Below the pieces are notes generated by a model. That model was not told the origin of the DNA, did not search any database, and worked only from the letters and a program-made list of their open reading frames with translations. From Leptolyngbyaceae cyanobacterium (GTDB taxonomy: Bacteria > Cyanobacteriota > Cyanobacteriia > Phormidesmidales > Phormidesmidaceae), in contig CBDHHL010000032.1 of assembly GCA_965263355.1 (NCBI GenBank), forward strand, positions 2,912,001 through 2,976,000: DNA of 64,000 bases, in the 5' to 3' direction. A program made the position numbers and the translations under genes. Shown here in pieces: positions 52,341-62,257 of the stretch. Each line of letters begins with the position of its first letter. Position 1 is the first letter of the stretch.

Positions 52341-53126
52341 TCAGAAGTTCAATGCTGAACTTTGAAACATCAGCCACGACAGAAAAAAGTTGCTGATGAA
52401 AATAGACAGCAGAGCTGTGACTACGGCAGTGGTTGTGGACTGTCCCACACCCTTCGCTCCACCAGTTGTGGTTAATCCCCAGCTAGAACCAATAATGGCA
52501 ATCAAGCCACCAAATACAAGGGATTTAATAAGCGCAGCGATAAGATCCTTTACATCTAGAAACACACGCGCTGAGTCTAGAAAGACGGTTTGAGAAATGT
52601 TGAACATTGTGCTTGAAATCAGCAGCCCTCCTGTCATGCCTGTAATGAAGGATAAGATGGTGAGTAGTGGTAGCATCAAGGCACAAGCAACGAACCTAGG
52701 CAAGACCAAGTAATCAACCGGGTCAGTCTTCAGCAACTGTAATGCATCGATCTGTTCGGTTACTTGCATGGTGCCAATTTCAGCAGCAAAGGCTGAGCCA
52801 ACTCGACCAGCAATAATCACGGCGGTTAGCACTGGAGCCAATTCACGGGCCAGAGTCAATGCCAGCACTCCACCGACTGCTGTGCTGGCTCCAAAGTTAA
52901 TAAATTCTCGTGTCACCTGGATTGTGAACACCATGCCCACAAAGCTGGCAGTCACCAAGGTAATGAGCAATGATTCTGGGCCAACGGCAGCCATTTGCTC
53001 AATAGTGTTACGCCGATGAAGTGGACGAGTCGTCAGGTGCACAATCACCTGACCACCGAGGAGGATGGCAGCCAGTAAACGCTGCCCCCATTTAGCTAGG
53101 CTCGACGTAGGAAATACAGCGGACAC
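52341..53126 (-). CDS. mlaE: MlaE/TGD1 family lipid ABC transporter permease
   Basis: RELAPVLTA, GRVGSAFAAEIGTMQVTEQIDAL, GVGQSTTTAVV. Confidence 0.93.
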   Translation of the reverse strand: MSAVFPTSSLAKWGQRLLAAILLGGQVIVHLTTRPLHRRNTIEQMAAVGPESLLITLVTASFVGMVFTIQVTREFINFGASTAVGGVLALTLARELAPVLTAVIIAGRVGSAFAAEIGTMQVTEQIDALQLLKTDPVDYLVLPRFVACALMLPLLTILSFITGMTGGLLISSTMFNISQTVFLDSARVFLDVKDLIAALIKSLVFGGLIAIIGSSWGLTTTGGAKGVGQSTTTAVVTALLSIFISNFFLSWLMFQSSALNF

Positions 53127-53335
53127 CGGACATGACTCCTTAGGGTTGGGGCAGATACAAAACAGCCCAATTATTTTAATAGGTTAAGCAAAGGGTTAAG
53201 GCAAGACTCTAAATGCTCTGTAATTTTATGAAAATTTAAGATTCCTCAAGTTGACGTTTATAGCTAGTTATTCCTCGTATGTTTGGGGTGGTTATTCCTT
53301 ATGCCCATGCGGCCAAAAAATGGCAAGGGGGAGAG

Positions 53336-53614
53336 ATGGGCTTACAGTTAGTTAGTTCTTTATTGCTAACGTTGTTTTTTTGCTTTTTGTTGCCCGCCGT
53401 TGGTATAGGGATGGCGTTAGGCGTTTTGACGTTGGGTGTGTGGTCGCCGCTATCGGCCATCAGTACTGTGGCTAAAGATGGTCTGATGAATTTTCTAATC
53501 ACGTTTGGGGCCGGTGATATGGGCCATGGTTTCATGATCATCTGTTTGACCATCAGTATTGTAGGTGGTCTATTTGATGTGTTTACGTTCTACAAATATT
53601 TATATTTAAAGTAA
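53336..53614 (+). CDS. Small hypothetical membrane protein
   Basis: Two or three hydrophobic segments; GGAG before ATG. Confidence 0.65.
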   Translation: MGLQLVSSLLLTLFFCFLLPAVGIGMALGVLTLGVWSPLSAISTVAKDGLMNFLITFGAGDMGHGFMIICLTISIVGGLFDVFTFYKYLYLK

Positions 53615-53786
53615 TGTTAGACGCTGAACATTGGTGTTTGATGGACCGATCAAATGAGCAGTTGTTTGCGACTGCGGCATGAGAGCAAATACCGGTAGTT
53701 TTGCGGAAATGTCACTATTTTTTGCCACAATATAAAGAAAAATATTTATGCTTTATGCTGGTAACGGTATTTTGCGCTGAGGTGAT

Positions 53787-55367
53787 ATGGGCGTAACTCC
53801 GGTGGCTAGGCTACAGGTACGGTTGCTGTGGGCAGCAATCTTAACAGGTTTGATTTGGCTAGGATTAGGGTCTCCAGCTTGGGCTCAGGTTCCTGGTGCA
53901 GCTTTTCAGGAACAACTGGCTGTTGAGATAGAGAATTCTATTCAACCTTACCTTGACCGGGTGACTAACGAAGTCAGTGAGTTCACCCTTGATAATGGCA
54001 TGACGTTTATTGTGCTGGAGCGTCATCAGGCTCCAGTTGTGTCAATGATGCTCTATGCCAAGGTTGGGGCAGTGAATGAAGAAGATGGTCATACGGGGGT
54101 AGCCCATTATCTAGAGCATTTAGCGTTTAAGGGGACAACCCAAATTGGAACTCGAGACTATAGGGCAGAGGCACCCCTGTTGCAAGAGATAGATGGGGTG
54201 TTTGATCAGCTGATGGCGGCTGAGGAGGCGGGAGATGAAGCGCAGGTGACGGCGTTGCGATCGCGGTTCGATACTCTCCAAGCCCAAGCATCAGAATACG
54301 TCGAACAAAACAAGTTTGGCCAAATTATTGAACAGTCTGGTGGACGGGGGCTGAATGCGACCACATCTGCTGATGCCACCCGCTACTTCTACAGCTTGCC
54401 ATCCAATAAGTTAGAGCTGTGGATGTCCCTGGAATCCGAGCGCTTTATCGACCCAGTATTTCGCGAATTTTACAAAGAAAAACAGGTCATTCTTGAAGAG
54501 CGTCGGATGCGGGTAGACAATTCACCCATCGGCAAAATCGTTGAAAAATTCCTAGAAGTTTCCTTTGACGAACATCCCTATCGTCGTCCGGTAATTGGTT
54601 ATCAAGATGATTTACGGTTGGCTACTCGCGAGGATGTCACCAAATTTTTTGACGCTTACTACGGACCCAGCAATCTGATTGCTGCCGTGGTGGGTGATGT
54701 TGATCCAGATAATGTCAAAGCGTTAGCGACCGCATATTTTGGCCGTATTCAGTCCCGTAGTCTGCCTCCCGAAGTCACTGTACAAGAGCCGCCCCAGACA
54801 GATCCCAAATACTTTGAGCTAACCCTGCCGAGTCAGCCCTGGTATCTGGAAGGGTTCCATCGTCCGGGCATCAATCATCCTGACCATGTGGTTTACTCTA
54901 TGATTGAGAGCATTTTGGTCGGTGGTCGTACATCTCGCATGTACCAAGACCTGGTGGAACAATCTCAAGTCGCTCTCAATATTGGTAGCGCCAATGGCTT
55001 CCCTGGCGATCTCTATGACAATATTTTGTTGCTCTACGGTTTGACTGCCCCTGGTCATACCGTTGATGATCTGGCTGAGCGGATGGATGGTTTACTCACG
55101 CAGCTAAAGCAAGAACCCGTGACACCTGAAGAGTTAGAGCGAGTCAAAACCCAGGCCAGGGCATCCATGTTGCGTAGCCTGGATTCGAATTCAGGTATGG
55201 CGAGTTTGCTGACAGAATACCAAGCAAAAACCGGTGACTGGCGTAACGTGTTCGAAGAACTAAAAGCGATTGAAGCGGTGACGGCTGGAGATGTCCAGCG
55301 GGTGGCTCAGGCAACCTTTGTGCCTAGTAATCGGACCGTTGGTAAGCTGCTATCGGCGGAGTCGTAA
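53787..55367 (+). CDS. M16 family zinc peptidase, catalytic subunit
   Basis: HYLEHLAFKGT (HxxEH), LNATTS, EERRMR. Confidence 0.93.
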   Translation: MGVTPVARLQVRLLWAAILTGLIWLGLGSPAWAQVPGAAFQEQLAVEIENSIQPYLDRVTNEVSEFTLDNGMTFIVLERHQAPVVSMMLYAKVGAVNEEDGHTGVAHYLEHLAFKGTTQIGTRDYRAEAPLLQEIDGVFDQLMAAEEAGDEAQVTALRSRFDTLQAQASEYVEQNKFGQIIEQSGGRGLNATTSADATRYFYSLPSNKLELWMSLESERFIDPVFREFYKEKQVILEERRMRVDNSPIGKIVEKFLEVSFDEHPYRRPVIGYQDDLRLATREDVTKFFDAYYGPSNLIAAVVGDVDPDNVKALATAYFGRIQSRSLPPEVTVQEPPQTDPKYFELTLPSQPWYLEGFHRPGINHPDHVVYSMIESILVGGRTSRMYQDLVEQSQVALNIGSANGFPGDLYDNILLLYGLTAPGHTVDDLAERMDGLLTQLKQEPVTPEELERVKTQARASMLRSLDSNSGMASLLTEYQAKTGDWRNVFEELKAIEAVTAGDVQRVAQATFVPSNRTVGKLLSAES

Positions 55368-55405
55368 CTGTCCTTTCCTACATAGTCTTAAGGGCTGATT
55401 TTTTT

Positions 55406-55427
55406 GGTGGGCATTGCCCATCCTAAC
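55406..55427 (-). repeat. REP-like hairpin
   Basis: Reverse complement gttaggatgggcaatgcccacc. Confidence 0.55.
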
Positions 55428-55452
55428 TATTCTCTATTCCCCACTTAACCCT

Positions 55453-56934
55453 ATGTTTTGGTTTTCCAAGCGTCGTTTGATCACAAGCTTCTTTCTAGCC
55501 ATGGCTGCCTTTAGCTTGATGCTTACCTTGGGGTGGAGCAAGCCAGCGAATGCGGTAACGGCACGTCACTATACTGATTTAGAATTTGAGCCCCTGAGCG
55601 AAATTCAAATTCCCGACTTTGAGCGCTATGAGCTGCCCAATGGTATAGTCGTGTACCTCATGGAGAACCATGACCTGCCGTTGGTGAGTGGTTCCGCTAC
55701 GTTTAAGGCAGGAGAATTTATGGAGCCCGAAGGCAAGGTTGGCTTGGCTGGCATGATGGGGCAATCCATGCGTAGGGGGGGGACGGTTAGCTACACTCCT
55801 GAGCAGCTGAATCAATTTCTAGAGCAGCGGGCCGCATCGGTAGAGACTAGTCTGGGGGTGACTACGGGGAGTGCTAGTTTTAGTGCGTTGAGTGAAGATC
55901 TGACTGATGTATTTTCGGTGTTTGCAGAGGTGATTCAGAAGCCTGCCTTTGCCCCAGAAAAACTTGACCTGCTTAAGAGTCAGTATCGTGGCAGTATTGC
56001 CCGGCGTAATGATGACCCGGATGATGTCACCACCCGTGAGTTTCGCAAGTTGATCTACGGTGCTCAGAGCCCGTTCGCTCGCATGGTGGAGTACAGTGAT
56101 GTTGATAATATTTCGCGAGATGACATTGTTGACTTTTATCAAACTGCCATTCAGCCGAGGGGTACGATTTTAGGCATTAGCGGTGATTTTGATGCGAGTC
56201 AGATGAAGTCGCTGATTGCAGAATTTTTTGCGGACTGGTCACCGTCAGCCAGGGCCAAAATCAATGTGGAGTTGCCCCAGGTAGAGCAGCAAACTAATGG
56301 TTTATATGTGGTCAATCAGCCCCAGCTCACCCAGAGTTATATTCACATCGGTCATTTAGGGGGGCGTTTAGATAGTCCTGATCATGCTCCGATGGTGATT
56401 CTTAATGAAGTGCTGAATGGTTTTGGCGGCCGACTTTTTAACGATATTCGCTCGCGTCAGGGTCTAGCTTATGTGGTTTATGCATTCTGGAGCCCTCGCT
56501 ATGACCATCCTGGTTTGTTTATCGGTGGTGGTCAAACCCGATCGGAAGCGACGGTGCCCTTTATTAAAACCATGTATGAGGAAATCCAGCGGGTGCGCCA
56601 TGAACCAATTACAGCTGCAGAATTGCAATATGCCAAGGATGCTGTACTTAATAGCTTTGTGTTTAACTTTGCGACGCCAGAGCAAACGCTGTCACGGCTG
56701 ATTCGCTATGAGTATTATGGCTATCCGTCCGATTTTGTATTTAAGTTTCAAAAAGCAGTGGAGGCCACCACCATTCAGCAGGTGTTAGATGCTGCCCAGC
56801 GCAATCTCAAGCCGAGGGATTTGGTCACCATTGTGGTGGGGAATATCGACGCGATTGACCCAGCGCTAGGAACTCTGGCGGAAGAGGTTAAAATTACACC
56901 TATCGATATCACCATTCCAGAGCCAACAGTTTAA
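55453..56934 (+). CDS. M16 family peptidase, non-catalytic partner subunit
   Basis: No HxxEH; RLFNDIRSRQGLAY (R/Y pair); signal peptide. Confidence 0.9.
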   Translation: MFWFSKRRLITSFFLAMAAFSLMLTLGWSKPANAVTARHYTDLEFEPLSEIQIPDFERYELPNGIVVYLMENHDLPLVSGSATFKAGEFMEPEGKVGLAGMMGQSMRRGGTVSYTPEQLNQFLEQRAASVETSLGVTTGSASFSALSEDLTDVFSVFAEVIQKPAFAPEKLDLLKSQYRGSIARRNDDPDDVTTREFRKLIYGAQSPFARMVEYSDVDNISRDDIVDFYQTAIQPRGTILGISGDFDASQMKSLIAEFFADWSPSARAKINVELPQVEQQTNGLYVVNQPQLTQSYIHIGHLGGRLDSPDHAPMVILNEVLNGFGGRLFNDIRSRQGLAYVVYAFWSPRYDHPGLFIGGGQTRSEATVPFIKTMYEEIQRVRHEPITAAELQYAKDAVLNSFVFNFATPEQTLSRLIRYEYYGYPSDFVFKFQKAVEATTIQQVLDAAQRNLKPRDLVTIVVGNIDAIDPALGTLAEEVKITPIDITIPEPTV

Positions 56935-57104
56935 TGGGTAATGGCTTACAGCGACTTTACCCTACCTTGCAGGTGGTCGGTTTTGCCACCTACTTTACCT
57001 CTAGAGCCAAGCGATATACTGCGGAAGCTAATTGATTCGTACTTTACCCTGGGCAATCGCAGTCGGTTCTGAAATGGTCATTTTGTCATTTTGATCGCAC
57101 CTGA

Positions 57105-58439
57105 TTAGCCGACTAATAAATCTTCCTCTGGATAGTGAATTGTGCTAGGTTTTGGGTCTCCTAAAAGGGCAGCCATCAGCAACAAGATGCCCACTCGACC
57201 GATGTACATAGTGACGATAATTACGCACTGACCCAGGGTTGATAGATCTGGAGTTATCCCTGTGGAGAGTCCGACCGTGGCAAAGGCAGAGACGGTTTCA
57301 AACAGCAGATATATAAATTCAATACCTGGGTCCGTTAGCGATAGCAGAATAGTTACCATGACGACTGTCATGCCGGATGCAACCACCACGCCAACGGCTT
57401 TTAGAACACGTTTATCGGGAATTTCCCTCTGATAGGCTAGAACCTCATCCTCGCCTTTGAGGACGGTGCGGGTGCAGTTGAGTAAAATTCTGACGGTGGT
57501 GGTTTTGATGCCGCCACCGGTACTGCCAGGGCTAGCACCGATAAACATGAGGGCGATCGCAATAAATAGCGAACTGGTTTCCATCGCCCCAATATCAATG
57601 GAGTTAAACCCGGCGGTGCGCATAATCACAGACTGAAACCCAGCCTCCATGAGTTTCATGTTGACTGGTTCAGCTGCCAGGGTAGCGGGATTGAAAAATT
57701 CGACGGCAAAAAAGGCAATGGTCCCCAGGGTGAGGAGAACTAGGGATGTACTGGTGACCACCTTAAAGTGAAGCGAAAACACTTGATGCTTGCGTTGGCG
57801 ACGAATGCGATCGCGAATCCAAATAAATAGCTCCATAATCACCTGATAACCAATGCCCCCAATAATCACCAGCGCTGCAATTACAGCATTAATCCAGGGG
57901 GAACGCGCATACTGAACCAAGCTATCGGCAAAGAGACTAAAGCCTGCATTATTAAAAGCGCTGATGCTATGAAAAACCGATAACCATAGACTGCGACCTG
58001 CACCATAATCATCAGCAAAGCGTGGCATTAACAAAAACACACCGCTTAGCTCAAAAATCAGGGTCATCGCAATAATGGACTTAATCAGAGACGCCGCAGA
58101 CGACAGTTCAGCCGTATCTAACGATTGCTGAATGGCCAGCCGATCCTTGAGGCCCAGTCGCCTACCTAATAGCAGCAGCAATACTGTCGTTGCTGTCATG
58201 TAACCTAGCCCGCCCAGCTGGATCAGCAACAAAATAATCCCCTGGCCCAGGGGTGAAAAATAGGAACCCGTATCTACCACAATCAGCCCGGTGACACAGA
58301 CTGCTGATGTGGCTGTAAACAGAGCCACAATGGGATGATTCCAGTCACCACTTGCCGTTGCAAAGGGCAGCATCAGTAATAGTGTGCCGATGGTAATTAC
58401 CGTTAAAAAGCCAACACACACAGTCCTCGAAACGGTCAT
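57105..58439 (-). CDS. trkH: TrkH/KtrB potassium uptake membrane subunit
   Basis: ATSAVCVTGL, FNNAGF, RTAGF, SAFATVGLS, GRVG. Confidence 0.93.
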   Translation of the reverse strand: MTVSRTVCVGFLTVITIGTLLLMLPFATASGDWNHPIVALFTATSAVCVTGLIVVDTGSYFSPLGQGIILLLIQLGGLGYMTATTVLLLLLGRRLGLKDRLAIQQSLDTAELSSAASLIKSIIAMTLIFELSGVFLLMPRFADDYGAGRSLWLSVFHSISAFNNAGFSLFADSLVQYARSPWINAVIAALVIIGGIGYQVIMELFIWIRDRIRRQRKHQVFSLHFKVVTSTSLVLLTLGTIAFFAVEFFNPATLAAEPVNMKLMEAGFQSVIMRTAGFNSIDIGAMETSSLFIAIALMFIGASPGSTGGGIKTTTVRILLNCTRTVLKGEDEVLAYQREIPDKRVLKAVGVVVASGMTVVMVTILLSLTDPGIEFIYLLFETVSAFATVGLSTGITPDLSTLGQCVIIVTMYIGRVGILLLMAALLGDPKPSTIHYPEEDLLVG

Positions 58440-58600
58440 TGGGGAGTACTCGCATAGTCTTAATTCAGGATGGTCCCTGTATTGCTCAGATCAATCGGTG
58501 GATTGGCCCAATCTGTCCAGTGTCCATAGTACTTATCGGTTAATTTTATGATGTTGTCTTGCCCTACTAAGGGTGATTTTTCTACGCATTGTTGGGAATG

Positions 58601-58645
58601 AATAAGCAAGGGACTATCCTCAACGAGAAAAGTCCCTTGCTTGTT
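58601..58645 (-). terminator. Hairpin terminator after the SLH gene
   Basis: aagcaagggact...agtcccttgctt. Confidence 0.65.
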
Positions 58646-58693
58646 TATATTTACTTAAGGGATAGTGCCAAATAGCACCAAAGTAGCTTTCCC

Positions 58694-59947
58694 CTAGTTA
58701 GGGCAATCCACCAGACGTACTACCGCAGTGGCTGCATAGTTCCTCAGGGCATCACTGTTGGGTACAAAGGCAGTACCAGACTCATTTACAGGGCTAGCAA
58801 TGCCGCAGTAAGCCGAGAGGCTAGAAATCACATCAGCTGCCCAATGACCTTGAGTATCGGAAAAGGCAAAGGCCTGTTGAGTTGGTGTTAAAGCGGTTCC
58901 TTGACCAAGAACACGCTTACGATACTCAGCTGCCCGACGGACCACAGCCATCATTTCAGCCCGAGTTACTTCTTGAGCGGGGCGGAAATCGCCTTCAGGG
59001 TAACCACTGACAATACCGCTTTGGCTGGCGAACTGAATCTTGGCAGCACTCCAGCGATTGCTAGCAACATCTGTAAAAGGGGCAGTCGTGACTGCGCTGG
59101 GTAGGGCAATGGAGATATTGTCCTGGGCGTCCAGAGCTTCAATCACCATAGATACCAACTGCTCACGGGTTAGGGCAGTACGAGGACGGAATGTCCCATC
59201 CTGGAACCCAGCAATAAAGCCAATTTCTACAGCCCGACTAATCTGTGTGGCATAGACATCATTGGTGACATCGCGAAACTCCGTGTTGTTTGTCGGAGGT
59301 GTGGGTGTGGGCGTAGGATTGGTAACCACCGGAGGATTTTTAATCGTAGGTCCACCACTTTGCTCGACTAAAGCCGCAAGCGGAGCATCGTGGGTGAGAT
59401 AGAGATGTCCAAGGGTGCGTCCGTCTAAGGTACGGCGAGTCAAACGCCAACCAGGGTTGAGGAAAATTTTCGTAAACCCATTACTGGCTTGGCCAAAAGT
59501 ACGGCCTAAGTTCATTGGGGGGGCGGACCGATACGGGTTAGTAGGGAAAGAACTGGGCTTAGCGATGAGAAGATATTCGCCGTCTTCTTCCTTAATCTCG
59601 AGATTGAAACGACTACCGGCGTCGCCATCACCCGCTCGAATAGAATAGCCATTACTATCGGTGGCCCGTCCGCAGATCCCAGAAAAGTCAAAATTTAGCA
59701 ATAGAGGTTCAATTTGGACTGGGTTAGACCCTGATTCACCCCAGCATAGCTGCGCATTACTTTTTTGCTCAATGATCATAAATTGAGGACGACCGAGAAG
59801 GCCACCACCGGGAGCGGCGAGGAGCACAAAATTCTCTTGGTTGACTTCAGCATTACCAAAAGCTTGAGCATCTACGCGGGTAGTTGCTCCAAAAATTGCC
59901 AGTGTAGCTGCGGTAGCAGCAGCGATGCCTAAGCGTAATGGATTCAT
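58694..59947 (-). CDS. DUF3747 plus S-layer homology domain protein
   Basis: Signal peptide; PLLLNFDFSGICGRATDSNGYSIR; three SLH repeats (GFQDGTFRP, GYPEGDFRP). Confidence 0.88.
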   Translation of the reverse strand: MNPLRLGIAAATAATLAIFGATTRVDAQAFGNAEVNQENFVLLAAPGGGLLGRPQFMIIEQKSNAQLCWGESGSNPVQIEPLLLNFDFSGICGRATDSNGYSIRAGDGDAGSRFNLEIKEEDGEYLLIAKPSSFPTNPYRSAPPMNLGRTFGQASNGFTKIFLNPGWRLTRRTLDGRTLGHLYLTHDAPLAALVEQSGGPTIKNPPVVTNPTPTPTPPTNNTEFRDVTNDVYATQISRAVEIGFIAGFQDGTFRPRTALTREQLVSMVIEALDAQDNISIALPSAVTTAPFTDVASNRWSAAKIQFASQSGIVSGYPEGDFRPAQEVTRAEMMAVVRRAAEYRKRVLGQGTALTPTQQAFAFSDTQGHWAADVISSLSAYCGIASPVNESGTAFVPNSDALRNYAATAVVRLVDCPN

Positions 59948-60193
59948 TGTGTTGTTTTTAAGTGGAACTATGAAGCAGGACTCGAGTGAAGGTTGCCCGA
60001 TGGGCATCTGGACGTGACGTTCCAGTAATTTTTCTTGATGGAAGTTGTAGTCTGAATAACGTTAGGGATTAGCCGAGTGTTTTTACCTTACGAATTAACG
60101 CACATCCCAGGGGCGTTATTTTGGCTTTTTTTAGAGTTAGCGATGGGATTCAGAGATTTGTCGTTGTTTTTTTGATTGAAATCACCTAGCTAC

Positions 60194-60275
60194 TCTAAAC
60201 CGCTTCCAAGGTAAAACCTTTAGGTTCTTCTATGGAAAAACGACTGTTCTGGACACTGTTCTGGACGTGGGCAAG
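60194..60275 (-). mobile_element. ~70-bp dispersed repeat, copy C (with a 12-bp internal duplication)
   Basis: tctaaaccgcttccaag...(actgttctggac)x2 gtgggcaag. Confidence 0.6.
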
Positions 60276-60395
60276 GGTTAGTTTTTCTTGCAGATAGAAC
60301 TGTGAGGATGGAATGTGACCCATAGACTTGCGGTGGTTAAGGTGAATTTGACACGATATAGGTGTTGTGAATGGAGCCCCTAGAGGAAGCAACCG

Positions 60396-61025
60396 ATGGT
60401 TCAAGGAATAACCCAATTGCTATGGCAGCATGGCAGTCACTCGGTCGCTTTAGCGGGCGTCACATTGTTGACTTGGAGCTTAGCCGTTAGCTCTGCCGCT
60501 GAGGCTTTGGATGAAGTCGCTCTCAAACGCTTGATTGAAACCAATGAGTGTCCTGGATGTGACCTAGAAGGAGCTGATTTACGCCGTTTAGATCTCTCTG
60601 GTGCCAATTTACAAGGTGCCAACCTGAGAGAAGCTAATTTTTTCTACGCGATTTTAGATGGTGTTAACCTGTCAGGCGCGGATCTACGCTCAACTAATTT
60701 GTCTTATGTTACGGCTCTGACATTAGTGGGTGATAATGCTGGTGAGCTGGTAGAATTTCCAGCCCAGTTTATTGGCGCGGATATGGCAGGGGCGTTAATG
60801 CAATATGCTAATTTCTCAGGTGCTGAGATGATGGAGGCCAACTTTCAAGAGGCTTACATTGATAAGGCTCAGTTTGTGGGGACTCAACTGCAGGACTCGA
60901 ATTTTACGGTTACCTATGTCCATGACATCGATCTGACTGGTGCCAATCTTTGTGGGTCTACTTACTGGGCTGGAAATGACTACAGACGAGCTTGTAATGT
61001 CCCCTTTCCTGATTTGGGACAGTAG
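60396..61025 (+). CDS. Pentapeptide repeat protein, exported
   Basis: Signal peptide, CPGCDL, A(D/N)LXX repeats. Confidence 0.9.
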   Translation: MVQGITQLLWQHGSHSVALAGVTLLTWSLAVSSAAEALDEVALKRLIETNECPGCDLEGADLRRLDLSGANLQGANLREANFFYAILDGVNLSGADLRSTNLSYVTALTLVGDNAGELVEFPAQFIGADMAGALMQYANFSGAEMMEANFQEAYIDKAQFVGTQLQDSNFTVTYVHDIDLTGANLCGSTYWAGNDYRRACNVPFPDLGQ

Positions 61026-61098
61026 GTGTAAGAGTTTAGAGTTTTATAGAGCTTGGCTTTTCTCAGCTGGCTGAATATTTTGGTGTTGAGTTCTGAAC

Positions 61099-61377
61099 TT
61101 AGTCTTGCTTGACCTGCTTTAGCATCTCCACCAGTACATGGTGAGCGTCTTTTGCATCGGTTAAGGGGCGCTCAAAACTAACGCGAACGGGAGTGCTTTG
61201 GCCGTCTATGGTGGCGTCTAAGTCCATACCTGTGGCGTCAATGGCTTTCATGATAGCTGCTGTGGCTGTTGTGGCATCACCGAACTTTTGAGCGTAGAGC
61301 AGTACAGCATCGGCATGATCGTCATTCATGTGTTTACAGATGCGATCGCTAACGGGGGACGTGATTGCTTCAGACAT
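61099..61377 (-). CDS. DUF2470 domain protein
   Basis: RICKHMNDDHADA, IDATGMDL. Confidence 0.88.
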   Translation of the reverse strand: MSEAITSPVSDRICKHMNDDHADAVLLYAQKFGDATTATAAIMKAIDATGMDLDATIDGQSTPVRVSFERPLTDAKDAHHVLVEMLKQVKQD

Positions 61378-61433
61378 AGAATTGTTCTACGAAATTTCGT
61401 ACACTACTGTTCTAAATCATAGGTTGCACTTTG

Positions 61434-61476
61434 ATATAAACCACGTTCAAGTTGAAACCTGTAGATTTTTCTATGG
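61434..61476 (-). mobile_element. Partial ~70-bp dispersed repeat, copy D
   Basis: tataaaccacgttcaagttgaaacctgtagatttttctatgg. Confidence 0.6.
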
Positions 61477-61506
61477 TTCTACACGAGTTCCTTTTCGGTC
61501 AGTCAG

Positions 61507-61932
61507 TTGATCATATCTTCCCAACCCCCGCCCGATGAGCATCCCTGGCCAACGGGGCATATTTTTCAGAGCCCAGGGGCGAACTTAACGTATCGTGTCA
61601 TCGGTCCCTGTTGTCGCCTTTTTGATCGTGAACAGCTACCATGGCCCTGTTGCCGTTTGCAGTGGCGAGGAAAAGAGCCAAGCTGGCGACGAATTGGCCG
61701 ACGATTCATTGTCGATTTGGCCACCAGACGCCATCCATCCTATTGTGTTGAAATTATTGGTCAGGGATATCGTGCCCAGCCGATTGTGGTCACGTTATAC
61801 ATGATTCAGTTTTCCAGTGAAATGCAGAATTGGTGGCATACTAAGCGTCGCTACTTGGCCACAGCAATCAATGCTTTAGTAACTGAAACAACAACATCTG
61901 AACCTGTTTCACTGGAGCAAGCGGCTCCATAA
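61507..61932 (+). CDS. Conserved hypothetical protein
   Basis: CCRLFDREQLPWPCCRLQWRGKEPSWRRIG. Confidence 0.7.
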   Translation: MIISSQPPPDEHPWPTGHIFQSPGANLTYRVIGPCCRLFDREQLPWPCCRLQWRGKEPSWRRIGRRFIVDLATRRHPSYCVEIIGQGYRAQPIVVTLYMIQFSSEMQNWWHTKRRYLATAINALVTETTTSEPVSLEQAAP

Positions 61933-61985
61933 ATCTTGCGATAGGATTATTAATGTCTCTTAGCAATTCATACTGACGGACATTT

Positions 61986-62228
61986 ATGAGTGTTGAGGTT
62001 CGTTTTCTTCCCGATAATATAACTGTTTCAGCCACTCCAGGGGAACCTATTTTGCAAGTGGCTGAGCGTGCAGGGGTGAACATTCCAACGGGGTGCCTGA
62101 TGGGGTCCTGTCATGCCTGTGAGGTTGATATCGAAGGTCAAGAAGAGCCCATCTGTGCTTGCATTTCAGCGATTCCGGCTACCCAGTCGCCCTATATCGT
62201 TAATCTTTATGTTGATCCAACTTGGTAA
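61986..62228 (+). CDS. 2Fe-2S ferredoxin-like protein
   Basis: GCLMGSCHAC...C. Confidence 0.9.
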   Translation: MSVEVRFLPDNITVSATPGEPILQVAERAGVNIPTGCLMGSCHACEVDIEGQEEPICACISAIPATQSPYIVNLYVDPTW

Positions 62229-62257
62229 TCGAAGTGCAAAACCTATCAATTACCTTG

